Positions 14,501-29,168 of a stretch of 64,000 bases of DNA are shown piece after piece. The notes beneath the pieces were generated by a model. That model ran no database searches. It was not told the origin of the DNA and was given only the letters and a program-made list of their open reading frames with translations. The translations under genes were made by a program, and so were the position numbers. Source of the stretch: Auanema rhodensis (taxonomy: Eukaryota > Animalia > Nematoda); assembly GCA_964057225.1 (NCBI GenBank), contig OZ059900.1, positions 19,902,001 through 19,966,000 of the forward strand. Direction: 5' to 3'. Position 1 is the first letter of the stretch. Each line of letters begins with the position of its first letter.

Positions 14501-17500
14501 GACGTTGTACGAACAATTTTGAGCTAGGTTTCATTGACATTGCATGAGTTTGAACACATGAAATCGTAAGTCAAAACCTTGTTTACAGCGAAATTTCCAA
14601 AAACTGGTTTTCCAGCATAATAAAATATTTCTCATGGGAAATACTGTGTTTTTGTATTTTTCTAGTGTTCAGCATGTAAAATGCTTCATTTTAGTATGTA
14701 ACACGCTGAAATTCGTTGCATTTGACGACTCATATGAACAAAAATCGATTTAATCAATATTAGCCATAAGGGGCGTGCCCTCAGAATATGCTAATTTCCT
14801 TAATTTTCTAACCCTTGTTTTTTTGTCGTGAAAGTGGAACTAGACGTTGTACGAACAATTTTGAGCTAGGTTTCATTGACATTGCATGAGTTTGAACACA
14901 TGAAATCGTAAGTCAAAACCTTGTTTACAGCGAAATTTCCAAAAACTGGTTTTCCAGCATAATAAAATATTTCTCATGGGAAATACTGTGTTTTTGTATT
15001 TTTCTAGTGTTCAGCATGTAAAATGCTTCATTTTAGTATGTAACACGCTGAAATTCGTTGCATTTGACGACTCATATGAACAAAAATCGATTTAATCAAT
15101 ATTAGCCATGAGGGGCGTGCCCTCAGAATATGCTAATTTCCTTAATTTTCTAACCCCTGTTTTTTTGTCGTGAAAGTGGAACTAGACGTTGTACGAACAA
15201 TTTTGAGCTAGGTTTCATTGACATTGCATGAGTTTGAACACATGAAATCGTAAGTCAAAACCTTGTTTACAGCGAAATTTCCAAAAACTGGTTTTCCAGC
15301 ATAATAAAATATTTCTCATGGGAAATACTGTGTTTTTGTATTTTTCTAGTGTTCAGCATGTAAAATACTTCATTTTAGTAAGTAACATGCTGAAATTCGT
15401 TGCATTTGACGACTCATATGAACAAAAATCGATTTAATCAATATTAGCCATAAGGGGCGTGCCCTCAGAATATGCTAATTTCCTTAATTTTCTAACCCCT
15501 GTTTTTTTGTCGTGAAAGTGGAACTAGACGTTGTACGAACAATTTTGAGCTAGGTTTCATTGACATTGCATGAGTTTGAACACATGAAATCGTAAGTCAA
15601 AACCTTGTTTACAGCGAAATTTCCAAAAACTGGTTTTCCAGCATAATAAAATATTTCTCATGGGAAATACTGTGTTTTTGTATTTTTCTAGTGTTCAGCA
15701 TGTAAAATGCTTCATTTTAGTATGTAACACGCTGAAATTCGTTGCATTTGACGACTCATATGAACAAAAATCGATTTAATCAATATTAGCCATAAGGGGC
15801 GTGCCCTCAGAATATGCTAATTTCCTTAATTTTCTAACCCCTGTTTTTTTGTCGTGAAAGTGGAACTAGACGTTGTACAAACAATTTTGAGCTAGGTTTC
15901 ATTGACATTGCATGAGTTTGAACACATGAAATCGTAAGTCAAAACCTTGTTTACAGCGAAATTTCCAAAAACTGGTTTTCCAGCATAATAAAATATTTCT
16001 CATGGGAAATACTGTGTTTTTGTATTTTTCTAGTGTTCAGCATGTAAAATGCTTCATTTTAGTATGTAACACGCTGAAATTCGTTGCATTTGACGACTCA
16101 TATGAACAAAAATCGATTTAATCAATATTAGCCATAAGGGGCGTGCCCTCAGAATATGCTAATTTCCTTAATTTTCTAACCCTTGTTTTTTTGTCGTGAA
16201 AGTGGAACTAGACGTTGTACGAACAATTTTGAGCTAGGTTTCATTGACATTGCATGAGTTTGAACACATGAAATCGTAAGTCAAAACCTTGTTTACAGCG
16301 AAATTTCCAAAAACTGGTTTTCCAGCATAATAAAATATTTCTCATGGGAAATACTGTGTTTTTGTATTTTTCTAGTGTTCAGCATGTAAAATGCTTCATT
16401 TTAGTATGTAACACGCTGAAATTCGTTGCATTTGACGACTCATATGAACAAAAATCGATTTAATCAATATTAGCCATAAGGGGCGTGCCCTCAGAATATG
16501 CTAATTTCCTTAATTTTCTAACCCCTGTTTTTTTGTCGTGAAAGTGGAACTAGACGTTGTACGAACAATTTTGAGCTAGGTTTCATTGACATTGCATGAG
16601 TTTGAACACATGAAATCGTAAGTCAAAACCTTGTTTACAGCGAAATTTCCAAAAACTGGTTTTCCAGCATAATAAAATATTTCTCATGGGAAATACTGTG
16701 TTTTTGTATTTTTCTAGTGTTCAGCATGTAAAATGCTTCATTTTAGTATGTAACACGCTGAAATTCGTTGCATTTGACGACTCATATGAACAAAAATCGA
16801 TTTAATCAATATTAGCCATAAGGGGCGTGCCCTCAGAATATGCTAATTTCCTTAATTTTCTAACCCTTGTTTTTTTGTCGTGAAAGTGGAACTAGACGTT
16901 GTACGAACAATTTTGAGCTAGGTTTCATTGACATTGCATGAGTTTGAACACATGAAATCGTAAGTCAAAACCTTGTTTACAGCGAAATTTCCAAAAACTG
17001 GTTTTCCAGCATAATAAAATATTTCTCATGGGAAATACTGTGTTTTTGTATTTTTCTAGTGTTCAGCATGTAAAATGCTTCATTTTAGTATGTAACTCGC
17101 TGAAATTCGTTGCATTTGACGACTCATATGAACAAAAATCGATTTAATCAATATTAGCCATAAGGGGCGTGCCCTCAGAATATGCTAATTTCCTTAATTT
17201 TCTAACCCTTGTTTTTTTGTCGTGAAAGTGGAACTAGACGTTGTACGAACAATTTTGAGCTAGGTTTCATTGACATTGCATGAGTTTGAACACATGAAAT
17301 CGTAAGTCAAAACCTTGTTTACAGCGAAATTTCCAAAAACTGGTTTTCCAGCATAATAAAATATTTCTCATGGGAAATACTGTGTTTTTGTATTTTTCTA
17401 GTGTTCAGCATGTAAAATGCTTCATTTTAGTATGTAACACGCTGAAATTCGTTGCATTTGACGACTCATATGAACAAAAATCGATTTAATCAATATTAGC

Positions 17501-20500
17501 CATAAGGGGCGTGCCCTCAGAATATGCTAATTTCCTTAATTTTCTAACCCTTGTTTTTTTGTCGTGAAAGTGGAACTAGACGTTGTACGAACAATTTTGA
17601 GCTAGGTTTCATTGACATTGCATGAGTTTGAACACATGAAATCGTAAGTCAAAACCTTGTTTACAGCGAAATTTCCAAAAACTGGTTTTCCAGCATAATA
17701 AAATATTTCTCATGGGAAATACTGTGTTTTTGTATTTTTCTAGTGTTCAGCATGTAAAATGCTTCATTTTTGTATGTAACACGCTGAAATTCGTTGCATT
17801 TGACGACTCATATGAACAAAAATCGATTTAATCAATATTAGCCATAAGGGGCGTGCCCTCAGAATATGCTAATTTCCTTAATTTTCTAACCCTTGTTTTT
17901 TTGTCGTGAAAGTGGAACTAGACGTTGTACGAACAATTTTGAGCTAGGTTTCATTGACATTGCATGAGTTTGAACACATGAAATCGTAAGTCAAAACCTT
18001 GTTTACAGCGAAATTTCCAAAAACTGGTTTTCCAGCATAATAAAATATTTCTCATGGGAAATACTGTGTTTTTGTATTTTTCTAGTGTTCAGCATGTAAA
18101 ATGCTTCATTTTAGTATGTAACACGCTGAAATTCGTTGCATTTGACGACTCATATGAACAAAAATCGATTTAATCAATATTAGCCATGAGGGGCGTGCCC
18201 TCAGAATATGCTAATTTCCTTAATTTTCTAACCCCTGTTTTTTTGTCGTGAAAGTGGAACTAGACGTTGTACGAACAATTTTGAGCTAGGTTTCATTGAC
18301 ATTGCATGAGTTTGAACACATGAAATCGTAAGTCAAAACCTTGTTTACAGCGAAATTTCCAAAAACTGGTTTTCCAGCATAATAAAATATTTCTCATGGG
18401 AAATACTGTGTTTTTGTATTTTTCTAGTGTTCAGCATGTAAAATGCTTCATTTTAGTAAGTAACATGCTGAAATTCGTTGCATTTGACGACTCATATGAA
18501 CAAAAATCGATTTAATCAATATTAGCCATAAGGGGCGTGCCCTCAGAATATGCTAATTTCCTTAATTTTCTAACCCCTGTTTTTTTGTCGTGAAAGTGGA
18601 ACTAGACGTTGTACGAACAATTTTGAGCTAGGTTTCATTGACATTGCATGAGTTTGAACACATGAAATCGTAAGTCAAAACCTTGTTTACAGCGAAATTT
18701 CCAAAAACTGGTTTTCCAGCATAATAAAATATTTCTCATGGGAAATACTGTGTTTTTGTATTTTTCTAGTGTTCAGCATGTAAAATGCTTCATTTTAGTA
18801 TGTAACACGCTGAAATTCGTTGCATTTGACGACTCATATGAACAAAAATCGATTTAATCAATATTAGCCATAAGGGGCGTGCCCTCAGAATATGCTAATT
18901 TCCTTAATTTTCTAACCCTTGTTTTTTTGTCGTGAAAGTGGAACTAGACGTTGTACGAACAATTTTGAGCTAGGTTTCATTGACATTGCATGAGTTTGAA
19001 CACATGAAATCGTAAGTCAAAACCTTGTTTACAGCGAAATTTCCAAAAACTGGTTTTCCAGCATAATAAAATATTTCTCATGGGAAATACTGTGTTTTTG
19101 TATTTTTCTAGTGTTCAGCATGTAAAATGCTTCATTTTAGTATGTAACACGCTGAAATTCGTTGCATTTGACGACTCATATGAACAAAAATCGATTTAAT
19201 CAATATTAGCCATAAGGGGCGTGCCCTCAGAATATGCTAATTTCCTTAATTTTCTAACCCTTGTTTTTTTGTCGTGAAAGTGGAACTAGACGTTGTACGA
19301 ACAATTTTGAGCTAGGTTTCATTGACATTGCATGAGTTTGAACACATGAAATCGTAAGTCAAAACCTTGTTTACAGCGAAATTTCCAAAAACTGGTTTTC
19401 CAGCATAATAAAATATTTCTCATGGGAAATACTGTGTTTTTGTATTTTTCTAGTGTTCAGCATGTAAAATGCTTCATTTTAGTATGTAACACGCTGAAAT
19501 TCGTTGCATTTGACGACTCATATGAACAAAAATCGATTTAATCAATATTAGCCATAAGGGGCGTGCCCTCAGAATATGCTAATTTCCTTAATTTTCTAAC
19601 CCTTGTTTTTTTGTCGTGAAAGTGGAACTAGACGTTGTACGAACAATTTTGAGCTAGGTTTCATTGACATTGCATGAGTTTGAACACATGAAATCGTAAG
19701 TCAAAACCTTGTTTACAGCGAAATTTCCAAAAACTGGTTTTCCAGCATAATAAAATATTTCTCATGGGAAATACTGTGTTTTTGTATTTTTCTAGTGTTC
19801 AGCATGTAAAATGCTTCATTTTAGTATGTAACTCGCTGAAATTCGTTGCATTTGACGACTCATATGAACAAAAATCGATTTAATCAATATTAGCCATAAG
19901 GGGCGTGCCCTCAGAATATGCTAATTTCCTTAATTTTCTAACCCTTGTTTTTTTGTCGTGAAAGTGGAACTAGACGTTGTACGAACAATTTTGAGCTAGG
20001 TTTCATTGACATTGCATGAGTTTGAACACATGAAATCGTAAGTCAAAACCTTGTTTACAGCGAAATTTCCAAAAACTGGTTTTCCAGCATAATAAAATAT
20101 TTCTCATGGGAAATACTGTGTTTTTGTATTTTTCTAGTGTTCAGCATGTAAAATGCTTCATTTTAGTATGTAACACGCTGAAATTCGTTGCATTTGACGA
20201 CTCATATGAACAAAAATCGATTTAATCAATATTAGCCATAAGGGGCGTGCCCTCAGAATATGCTAATTTCCTTAATTTTCTAACCCTTGTTTTTTTGTCG
20301 TGAAAGTGGAACTAGACGTTGTACGAACAATTTTGAGCTAGGTTTCATTGACATTGCATGAGTTTGAACACATGAAATCGTAAGTCAAAACCTTGTTTAC
20401 AGCGAAATTTCCAAAAACTGGTTTTCCAGCATAATAAAATATTTCTCATGGGAAATACTGTGTTTTTGTATTTTTCTAGTGTTCAGCATGTAAAATGCTT

Positions 20501-23500
20501 CATTTTAGTATGTAACACGCTGAAATTCGTTGCATTTGACGACTCATATGAACAAAAATCGATTTAATCAATATTAGCCATAAGGGGCGTGCCCTCAGAA
20601 TATGCTAATTTCCTTAATTTTCTAACCCTTGTTTTTTTGTCGTGAAAGTGGAACTAGACGTTGTACGAACAATTTTGAGCTAGGTTTCATTGACATTGCA
20701 TGAGTTTGAACACATGAAATCGTAAGTCAAAACCTTGTTTACAGCGAAATTTCCAAAAACTGGTTTTCCAGCATAATAAAATATTTCTCATGGGAAATAC
20801 TGTGTTTTTGTATTTTTCTAGTGTTCAGCATGTAAAATGCTTCATTTTAGTATGTAACACGCTGAAATTCGTTGCATTTGACGACTCATATGAACAAAAA
20901 TCGATTTAATCAATATTAGCCATGAGGGGCGTGCCCTCAGAATATGCTAATTTCCTTAATTTTCTAACCCCTGTTTTTTTGTCGTGAAAGTGGAACTAGA
21001 CGTTGTACGAACAATTTTGAGCTAGGTTTCATTGACATTGCATGAGTTTGAACACATGAAATCGTAAGTCAAAACCTTGTTTACAGCGAAATTTCCAAAA
21101 ACTGGTTTTCCAGCATAATAAAATATTTCTCATGGGAAATACTGTGTTTTTGTATTTTTCTAGTGTTCAGCATGTAAAATGCTTCATTTTAGTAAGTAAC
21201 ATGCTGAAATTCGTTGCATTTGACGACTCATATGAACAAAAATCGATTTAATCAATATTAGCCATAAGGGGCGTGCCCTCAGAATATGCTAATTTCCTTA
21301 ATTTTCTAACCCCTGTTTTTTTGTCGTGAAAGTGGAACTAGACGTTGTACGAACAATTTTGAGCTAGGTTTCATTGACATTGCATGAGTTTGAACACATG
21401 AAATCGTAAGTCAAAACCTTGTTTACAGCGAAATTTCCAAAAACTGGTTTTCCAGCATAATAAAATATTTCTCATGGGAAATACTGTGTTTTTGTATTTT
21501 TCTAGTGTTCAGCATGTAAAATGCTTCATTTTAGTATGTAACACGCTGAAATTCGTTGCATTTGACGACTCATATGAACAAAAATCGATTTAATCAATAT
21601 TAGCCATAAGGGGCGTGCCCTCAGAATATGCTAATTTCCTTAATTTTCTAACCCCTGTTTTTTTGTCGTGAAAGTGGAACTAGACGTTGTACAAACAATT
21701 TTGAGCTAGGTTTCATTGACATTGCATGAGTTTGAACACATGAAATCGTAAGTCAAAACCTTGTTTACAGCGAAATTTCCAAAAACTGGTTTTCCAGCAT
21801 AATAAAATATTTCTCATGGGAAATACTGTGTTTTTGTATTTTTCTAGTGTTCAGCATGTAAAATGCTTCATTTTAGTATGTAACACGCTGAAATTCGTTG
21901 CATTTGACGACTCATATGAACAAAAATCGATTTAATCAATATTAGCCATAAGGGGCGTGCCCTCAGAATATGCTAATTTCCTTAATTTTCTAACCCTTGT
22001 TTTTTTGTCGTGAAAGTGGAACTAGACGTTGTACGAACAATTTTGAGCTAGGTTTCATTGACATTGCATGAGTTTGAACACATGAAATCGTAAGTCAAAA
22101 CCTTGTTTACAGCGAAATTTCCAAAAACTGGTTTTCCAGCATAATAAAATATTTCTCATGGGAAATACTGTGTTTTTGTATTTTTCTAGTGTTCAGCATG
22201 TAAAATGCTTCATTTTAGTATGTAACTCGCTGAAATTCGTTGCATTTGACGACTCATATGAACAAAAATCGATTTAATCAATATTAGCCATAAGGGGCGT
22301 GCCCTCAGAATATGCTAATTTCCTTAATTTTCTAACCCTTGTTTTTTTGTCGTGAAAGTGGAACTAGACGTTGTACGAACAATTTTGAGCTAGGTTTCAT
22401 TGACATTGCATGAGTTTGAACACATGAAATCGTAAGTCAAAACCTTGTTTACAGCGAAATTTCCAAAAACTGGTTTTCCAGCATAATAAAATATTTCTCA
22501 TGGGAAATACTGTGTTTTTGTATTTTTCTAGTGTTCAGCATGTAAAATGCTTCATTTTAGTATGTAACACGCTGAAATTCGTTGCATTTGACGACTCATA
22601 TGAACAAAAATCGATTTAATCAATATTAGCCATAAGGGGCGTGCCCTCAGAATATGCTAATTTCCTTAATTTTCTAACCCTTGTTTTTTTGTCGTGAAAG
22701 TGGAACTAGACGTTGTACGAACAATTTTGAGCTAGGTTTCATTGACATTGCATGAGTTTGAACACATGAAATCGTAAGTCAAAACCTTGTTTACAGCGAA
22801 ATTTCCAAAAACTGGTTTTCCAGCATAATAAAATATTTCTCATGGGAAATACTGTGTTTTTGTATTTTTCTAGTGTTCAGCATGTAAAATGCTTCATTTT
22901 AGTATGTAACACGCTGAAATTCGTTGCATTTGACGACTCATATGAACAAAAATCGATTTAATCAATATTAGCCATAAGGGGCGTGCCCTCAGAATATGCT
23001 AATTTCCTTAATTTTCTAACCCTTGTTTTTTTGTCGTGAAAGTGGAACTAGACGTTGTACGAACAATTTTGAGCTAGGTTTCATTGACATTGCATGAGTT
23101 TGAACACATGAAATCGTAAGTCAAAACCTTGTTTACAGCGAAATTTCCAAAAACTGGTTTTCCAGCATAATAAAATATTTCTCATGGGAAATACTGTGTT
23201 TTTGTATTTTTCTAGTGTTCAGCATGTAAAATGCTTCATTTTAGTATGTAACACGCTGAAATTCGTTGCATTTGACGACTCATATGAACAAAAATCGATT
23301 TAATCAATATTAGCCATGAGGGGCGTGCCCTCAGAATATGCTAATTTCCTTAATTTTCTAACCCCTGTTTTTTTGTCGTGAAAGTGGAACTAGACGTTGT
23401 ACGAACAATTTTGAGCTAGGTTTCATTGACATTGCATGAGTTTGAACACATGAAATCGTAAGTCAAAACCTTGTTTACAGCGAAATTTCCAAAAACTGGT

Positions 23501-26500
23501 TTTCCAGCATAATAAAATATTTCTCATGGGAAATACTGTGTTTTTGTATTTTTCTAGTGTTCAGCATGTAAAATGCTTCATTTTAGTAAGTAACATGCTG
23601 AAATTCGTTGCATTTGACGACTCATATGAACAAAAATCGATTTAATCAATATTAGCCATAAGGGGCGTGCCCTCAGAATATGCTAATTTCCTTAATTTTC
23701 TAACCCCTGTTTTTTTGTCGTGAAAGTGGAACTAGACGTTGTACGAACAATTTTGAGCTAGGTTTCATTGACATTGCATGAGTTTGAACACATGAAATCG
23801 TAAGTCAAAACCTTGTTTACAGCGAAATTTCCAAAAACTGGTTTTCCAGCATAATAAAATATTTCTCATGGGAAATACTGTGTTTTTGTCTTTTTCTAGT
23901 GTTCAGCATGTAAAATGCTTCATTTTAGTATGTAACACGCTGAAATTCGTTGCATTTGACGACTCATATGAACAAAAATCGATTTAATCAATATTAGCCA
24001 TAAGGGGCGTGCCCTCAGAATATGCTAATTTCCTTAATTTTCTAACCCCTGTTTTTTTGTCGTGAAAGTGGAACTAGACGTTGTACAAACAATTTTGAGC
24101 TAGGTTTCATTGACATTGCATGAGTTTGAACACATGAAATCGTAAGTCAAAACCTTGTTTACAGCGAAATTTCCAAAAACTGGTTTTCCAGCATAATAAA
24201 ATATTTCTCATGGGAAATACTGTGTTTTTGTATTTTTCTAGTGTTCAGCATGTAAAATGCTTCATTTTAGTATGTAACACGCTGAAATTCGTTGCATTTG
24301 ACGACTCATATGAACAAAAATCGATTTAATCAATATTAGCCATAAGGGGCGTGCCCTCAGAATATGCTAATTTCCTTAATTTTCTAACCCTTGTTTTTTT
24401 GTCGTGAAAGTGGAACTAGACGTTGTACGAACAATTTTGAGCTAGGTTTCATTGACATTGCATGAGTTTGAACACATGAAATCGTAAGTCAAAACCTTGT
24501 TTACAGCGAAATTTCCAAAAACTGGTTTTCCAGCATAATAAAATATTTCTCATGGGAAATACTGTGTTTTTGTATTTTTCTAGTGTTCAGCATGTAAAAT
24601 GCTTCATTTTAGTATGTAACATGCTGAAATTCGTTGCATTTGACGACTCATATGAACAAAAATCGATTTAATCAATATTAGCCATAAGGGGCGTGCCCTC
24701 AGAATATGCTAATTTCCTTAATTTTCTAACCCCTGTTTTTTTGTCGTGAAAGTGGAACTAGACGTTGTACGAACAATTTTGAGCTAGGTTTCATTGACAT
24801 TGCATGAGTTTGAACACATGAAATCGTAAGTCAAAACCTTGTTTACAGCGAAATTTCCAAAAACTGGTTTTCCAGCATAATAAAATATTTCTCATGGGAA
24901 ATACTGTGTTTTTGTATTTTTCTAGTGTTCAGCATGTAAAATGCTTCATTTTAGTATGTAACACGCTGAAATTCGTTGCATTTGACGACTCATATGAACA
25001 AAAATCGATTTAATCAATATTAGCCATAAGGGGCGTGCCCTCAGAATATGCTAATTTCCTTAATTTTCTAACCCCTGTTTTTTTGTCGTGAAAGTGGAAC
25101 TAGACGTTGTACGAACAATTTTGAGCTAGGTTTCATTGACATTGCATGAGTTTGAACACATGAAATCGTAAGTCAAAACCTTGTTTACAGCGAAATTTCC
25201 AAAAACTGGTTTTCCAGCATAATAAAATATTTCTCATGGGAAATACTGTGTTTTTGTATTTTTCTAGTGTTCAGCATGTAAAATGCTTCATTTTAGTATG
25301 TAACACGCTGAAATTCGTTGCATTTGACGACTCATATGAACAAAAATCGATTTAATCAATATTAGCCATAAGGGGCGTGCCCTCAGAATATGCTAATTTC
25401 CTTAATTTTCTAACCCTTGTTTTTTTGTCGTGAAAGTGGAACTAGACGTTGTACGAACAATTTTGAGCTAGGTTTCATTGACATTGCATGAGTTTGAACA
25501 CATGAAATCGTAAGTCAAAACCTTGTTTACAGCGAAATTTCCAAAAACTGGTTTTCCAGCATAATAAAATATTTCTCATGGGAAATACTGTGTTTTTGTA
25601 TTTTTCTAGTGTTCAGCATGTAAAATGCTTCATTTTAGTATGTAACACGCTGAAATTCGTTGCATTTGACGACTCATATGAACAAAAATCGATTTAATCA
25701 ATATTAGCCATAAGGGGCGTGCCCTCAGAATATGCTAATTTCCTTAATTTTCTAACCCTTGTTTTTTTGTCGTGAAAGTGGAACTAGACGTTGTACGAAC
25801 AATTTTGAGCTAGGTTTCATTGACATTGCATGAGTTTGAACACATGAAATCGAATATTAGCCATAAGGGGCGAAATCAATATTAGCCATAAGGGGCGGGG
25901 CGTGCCCTCAGAATATGCTAATTTCCTTAATTTTCTAACCCCTGTTTTTTTGTCGTGAAAGTGGAACTAGACGTTGTACGAACAATTTTGAGCTAGGTTC
26001 CATTGACATTGCATGAGTTTGAACACATGAAATCGTAAGTCAAAACCTTGTTTACAGCGAAATTTCCAAAAACTGGTTTTCCAGCATAATAAAATATTTC
26101 TCATGGGAAATACTGTGTTTTTGTATTTTTCTAGTGTTCAGCATGTAAAATGCTTCATTTTAGTATGTAACTCGCTGAAATTCGTTGCATTTGACGACTC
26201 ATATGAACAAAAATCGATTTAATCAATATTAGCCATAAGGGGCGTGCCCTCAGAATATGCTAATTTCCTTAATTTTCTAACCCTTGTTTTTTTGTCGTGA
26301 AAGTGGAACTAGACGTTGTACGAACAATTTTGAGCTAGGTTTCATTGACATTGCATGAGTTTGAACACATGAAATCGTAAGTCAAAACCTTGTTTACAGC
26401 GAAATTTCCAAAAACTGGTTTTCCAGCATAATAAAATATTTCTCATGGGAAATACTGTGTTTTTGTATTTTTCTAGTGTTCAGCATGTAAAATGCTTCAT

Positions 26501-26860
26501 TTTAGTATGTAACACGCTGAAATTCGTTGCATTTGACGACTCATATGAACAAAAATCGATTTAATCAATATTAGCCATAAGGGGCGTGCCCTCAGAATAT
26601 GCTAATTTCCTTAATTTTCTAACCCTTGTTTTTTTGTCGTGAAAGTGGAACTAGACGTTGTACGAACAATTTTGAGCTAGGTTTCATTGACATTGCATGA
26701 GTTTGAACACATGAAATCGTAAGTCAAAACCTTGTTTACAGCGAAATTTCCAAAAACTGGTTTTCCAGCATAATAAAATATTTCTCATGGGAAATACTGT
26801 GTTTTTGTATTTTTCTAGTGTTCAGCATGTAAAATGCTTCATTTTAGTATGTAACACGCT
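8550..26860. repeat. Variant layer B with irregular 9/8/7-monomer higher-order repeats
   Basis: Recurrent variants: acccTtg (pos 109), taacaTgc, taacTcgc, ccatGagg and tagtaAgtaacaTg. ccatGagg lies at 15110, 18188, 20924 and 23318 (spacings 3078, 2736 and 2394 = 9, 8 and 7 monomers). Boundaries are approximate. Confidence 0.8.
25853..25902. other. Complex deletion/templated-insertion junction, copy 1 (net -159 bp, 183-bp unit)
   Basis: ...catgaaatcg|aatattagccataaggggcg|a|aatcaatattagccataaggggcg|gggcg|tgccc. Monomer pos 202 joins pos 50-69, then pos 46-69, then pos 65-69. The next unit start moves to 26176. Confidence 0.95.
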
Positions 26861-26923
26861 GAAATTCGTTGCATTTGACGACTCATATGAACAAAAATCG
26901 ATTTAATCAATATTAGCCATAAG

Positions 26924-26933
26924 GGGCGGGGCG
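26924..26933. other. Isolated 5-bp duplication GGGCG (347-bp monomer)
   Basis: aaggggcggggcgtgccc at 26921-26938 in an otherwise full-length unit. Confidence 0.93.
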
Positions 26934-29118
26934 TGCCCTCAGAATATGCTAATTTCCTTAATTTTCTAATCCCTGTTTTTTTGTCGTGAAAGTGGAACTA
27001 GACGTTGTACGAACAATTTTGAGCTAGGTTTCATTGACATTGCATGAGTTTGAACACATGAAATCGTAAGTCAAAACCTTGTTTACAGCGAAATTTCCAA
27101 AAACTGGTTTTCCAGCATAATAAAATATTTCTCATGGGAAATACTGTGTTTTTGTATTTTTCTAGTGTTCAGCATGTAAAATGCTTCATTTTAGTATGTA
27201 ACACGCTGAAATTCGTTGCATTTGACGACTCATATGAACAAAAATCGATTTAATCAATATTAGCCATAAGGGGCGTGCCCTCAGAATATGCTAATTTCCT
27301 TAATTTTCTAACCCCTGTTTTTTTGTCGTGAAAGTGGAACTAGACGTTGTACGAACAATTTTGAGCTAGGTTTCATTGACATTGCATGAGTTTGAACACA
27401 TGAAATCGTAAGTCAAAACCTTGTTTACAGCGAAATTTCCAAAAACTGGTTTTCCAGCATAATAAAATATTTCTCATGGGAAATACTGTGTTTTTGTATT
27501 TTTCTAGTGTTCAGCATGTAAAATGCTTCATTTTAGTATGTAACTCGCTGAAATTCGTTGCATTTGACGACTCATATGAACAAAAATCGATTTAATCAAT
27601 ATTAGCCATAAGGGGCGTGCCCTCAGAATATGCTAATTTCCTTAATTTTCTAACCCCTGTTTTTTTGTCGTGAAAGTGGAACTAGACGTTGTACGAACAA
27701 TTTTGAGCTAGGTTTCATTGACATTGCATGAGTTTGAACACATGAAATCGTAAGTCAAAACCTTGTTTACAGCGAAATTTCCAAAAACTGGTTTTCCAGC
27801 ATAATAAAATATTTCTCATGGGAAATACTGTGTTTTTGTATTTTTCTAGTGTTCAGCATGTAAAATGCTTCATTTTAGTATGTAACACGCTGAAATTCGT
27901 TGCATTTGACGACTCATATGAACAAAAATCGATTTAATCAATATTAGCCATAAGGGGCGTGCCCTCAGAATATGCTAATTTCCTTAGTTTTCTAACCCCT
28001 GTTTTTTTGTCGTGAAAGTGGAACTAGACGTTGTACGAACAATTTTGAGCTAGGTTTCATTGACATTGCATGAGTTTGAACACATGAAATCGTAAGTCAA
28101 AACCTTGTTTACAGCGAAATTTCCAAAAACTGGTTTTCCAGCATAATAAAATATTTCTCATGGGAAATACTGTGTTTTTGTATTTTTCTAGTGTTCAGCA
28201 TGTAAAATGCTTCATTTTAGTATGTAACACGCTGAAATTCGTTGCATTTGACGACTCATATGAACAAAAATCGATTTAATCAATATTAGCCATAAGGGGC
28301 GTGCCCTCAGAATATGCTAATTTCCTTAATTTTCTAACCCTTGTTTTTTTGTCGTGAAAGTGGAACTAGACGTTGTACGAACAATTTTGAGCTAGGTTTC
28401 ATTGACATTGCATGAGTTTGAACACATGAAATCGTAAGTCAAAACCTTGTTTACAGCGAAATTTCCAAAAACTGGTTTTCCAGCATAATAAAATATTTCT
28501 CATGGGAAATACTGTGTTTTTGTATTTTTCTAGTGTTCAGCATGTAAAATGCTTCATTTTAGTATGTAACACGCTGAAATTCGTTGCATTTGACGACTCA
28601 TATGAACAAAAATCGATTTAATCAATATTAGCCATAAGGGGCGTGCCCTCAGAATATGCTAATTTCCTTAATTTTCTAACCCCTGTTTTTTTGTCGTGAA
28701 AGTGGAACTAGACGTTGTACGAACAATTTTGAGCTAGGTTCCATTGACATTGCATGAGTTTGAACACATGAATTCGTAAGTCAAAACCTTGTTTACAGCG
28801 AAATTTCCAAAAACTGGTTTTCCAGCATAATAAAATATTTCTCATGGGAAATACTGTGTTTTTGTATTTTTCTAGTGTTCAGCATGTGAAATGCTTCATT
28901 TTAGTATGTAACACGCTGAAATTCGTTGCATTTGACGACTCATATGAACAAAAATCGATTCAATCAATATTAGCCATAAGGGGCGTGCCCTCAGAATATG
29001 CTAATTTCCTTAGTTTTCTAACCCCTGTTTTTTTGTCGTGAAAGTGGAACTAGACGTTGTACGAACAATTTTGAGCTTGGTTTCATTGACATTGCATGAG
29101 TTTGAACACATGAAATCG

Positions 29119-29168
29119 AATATTAGCCATAAGGGGCGAAATCAATATTAGCCATAAGAGGCGGGGCG
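29119..29168. other. Complex deletion/templated-insertion junction, copy 2
   Basis: Same junction as at 25853 with one substitution (aagAggcg). It lies 3266 bp downstream (183+9x342+5). Both copies are followed by the aggttCcatt variant. Confidence 0.95.
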
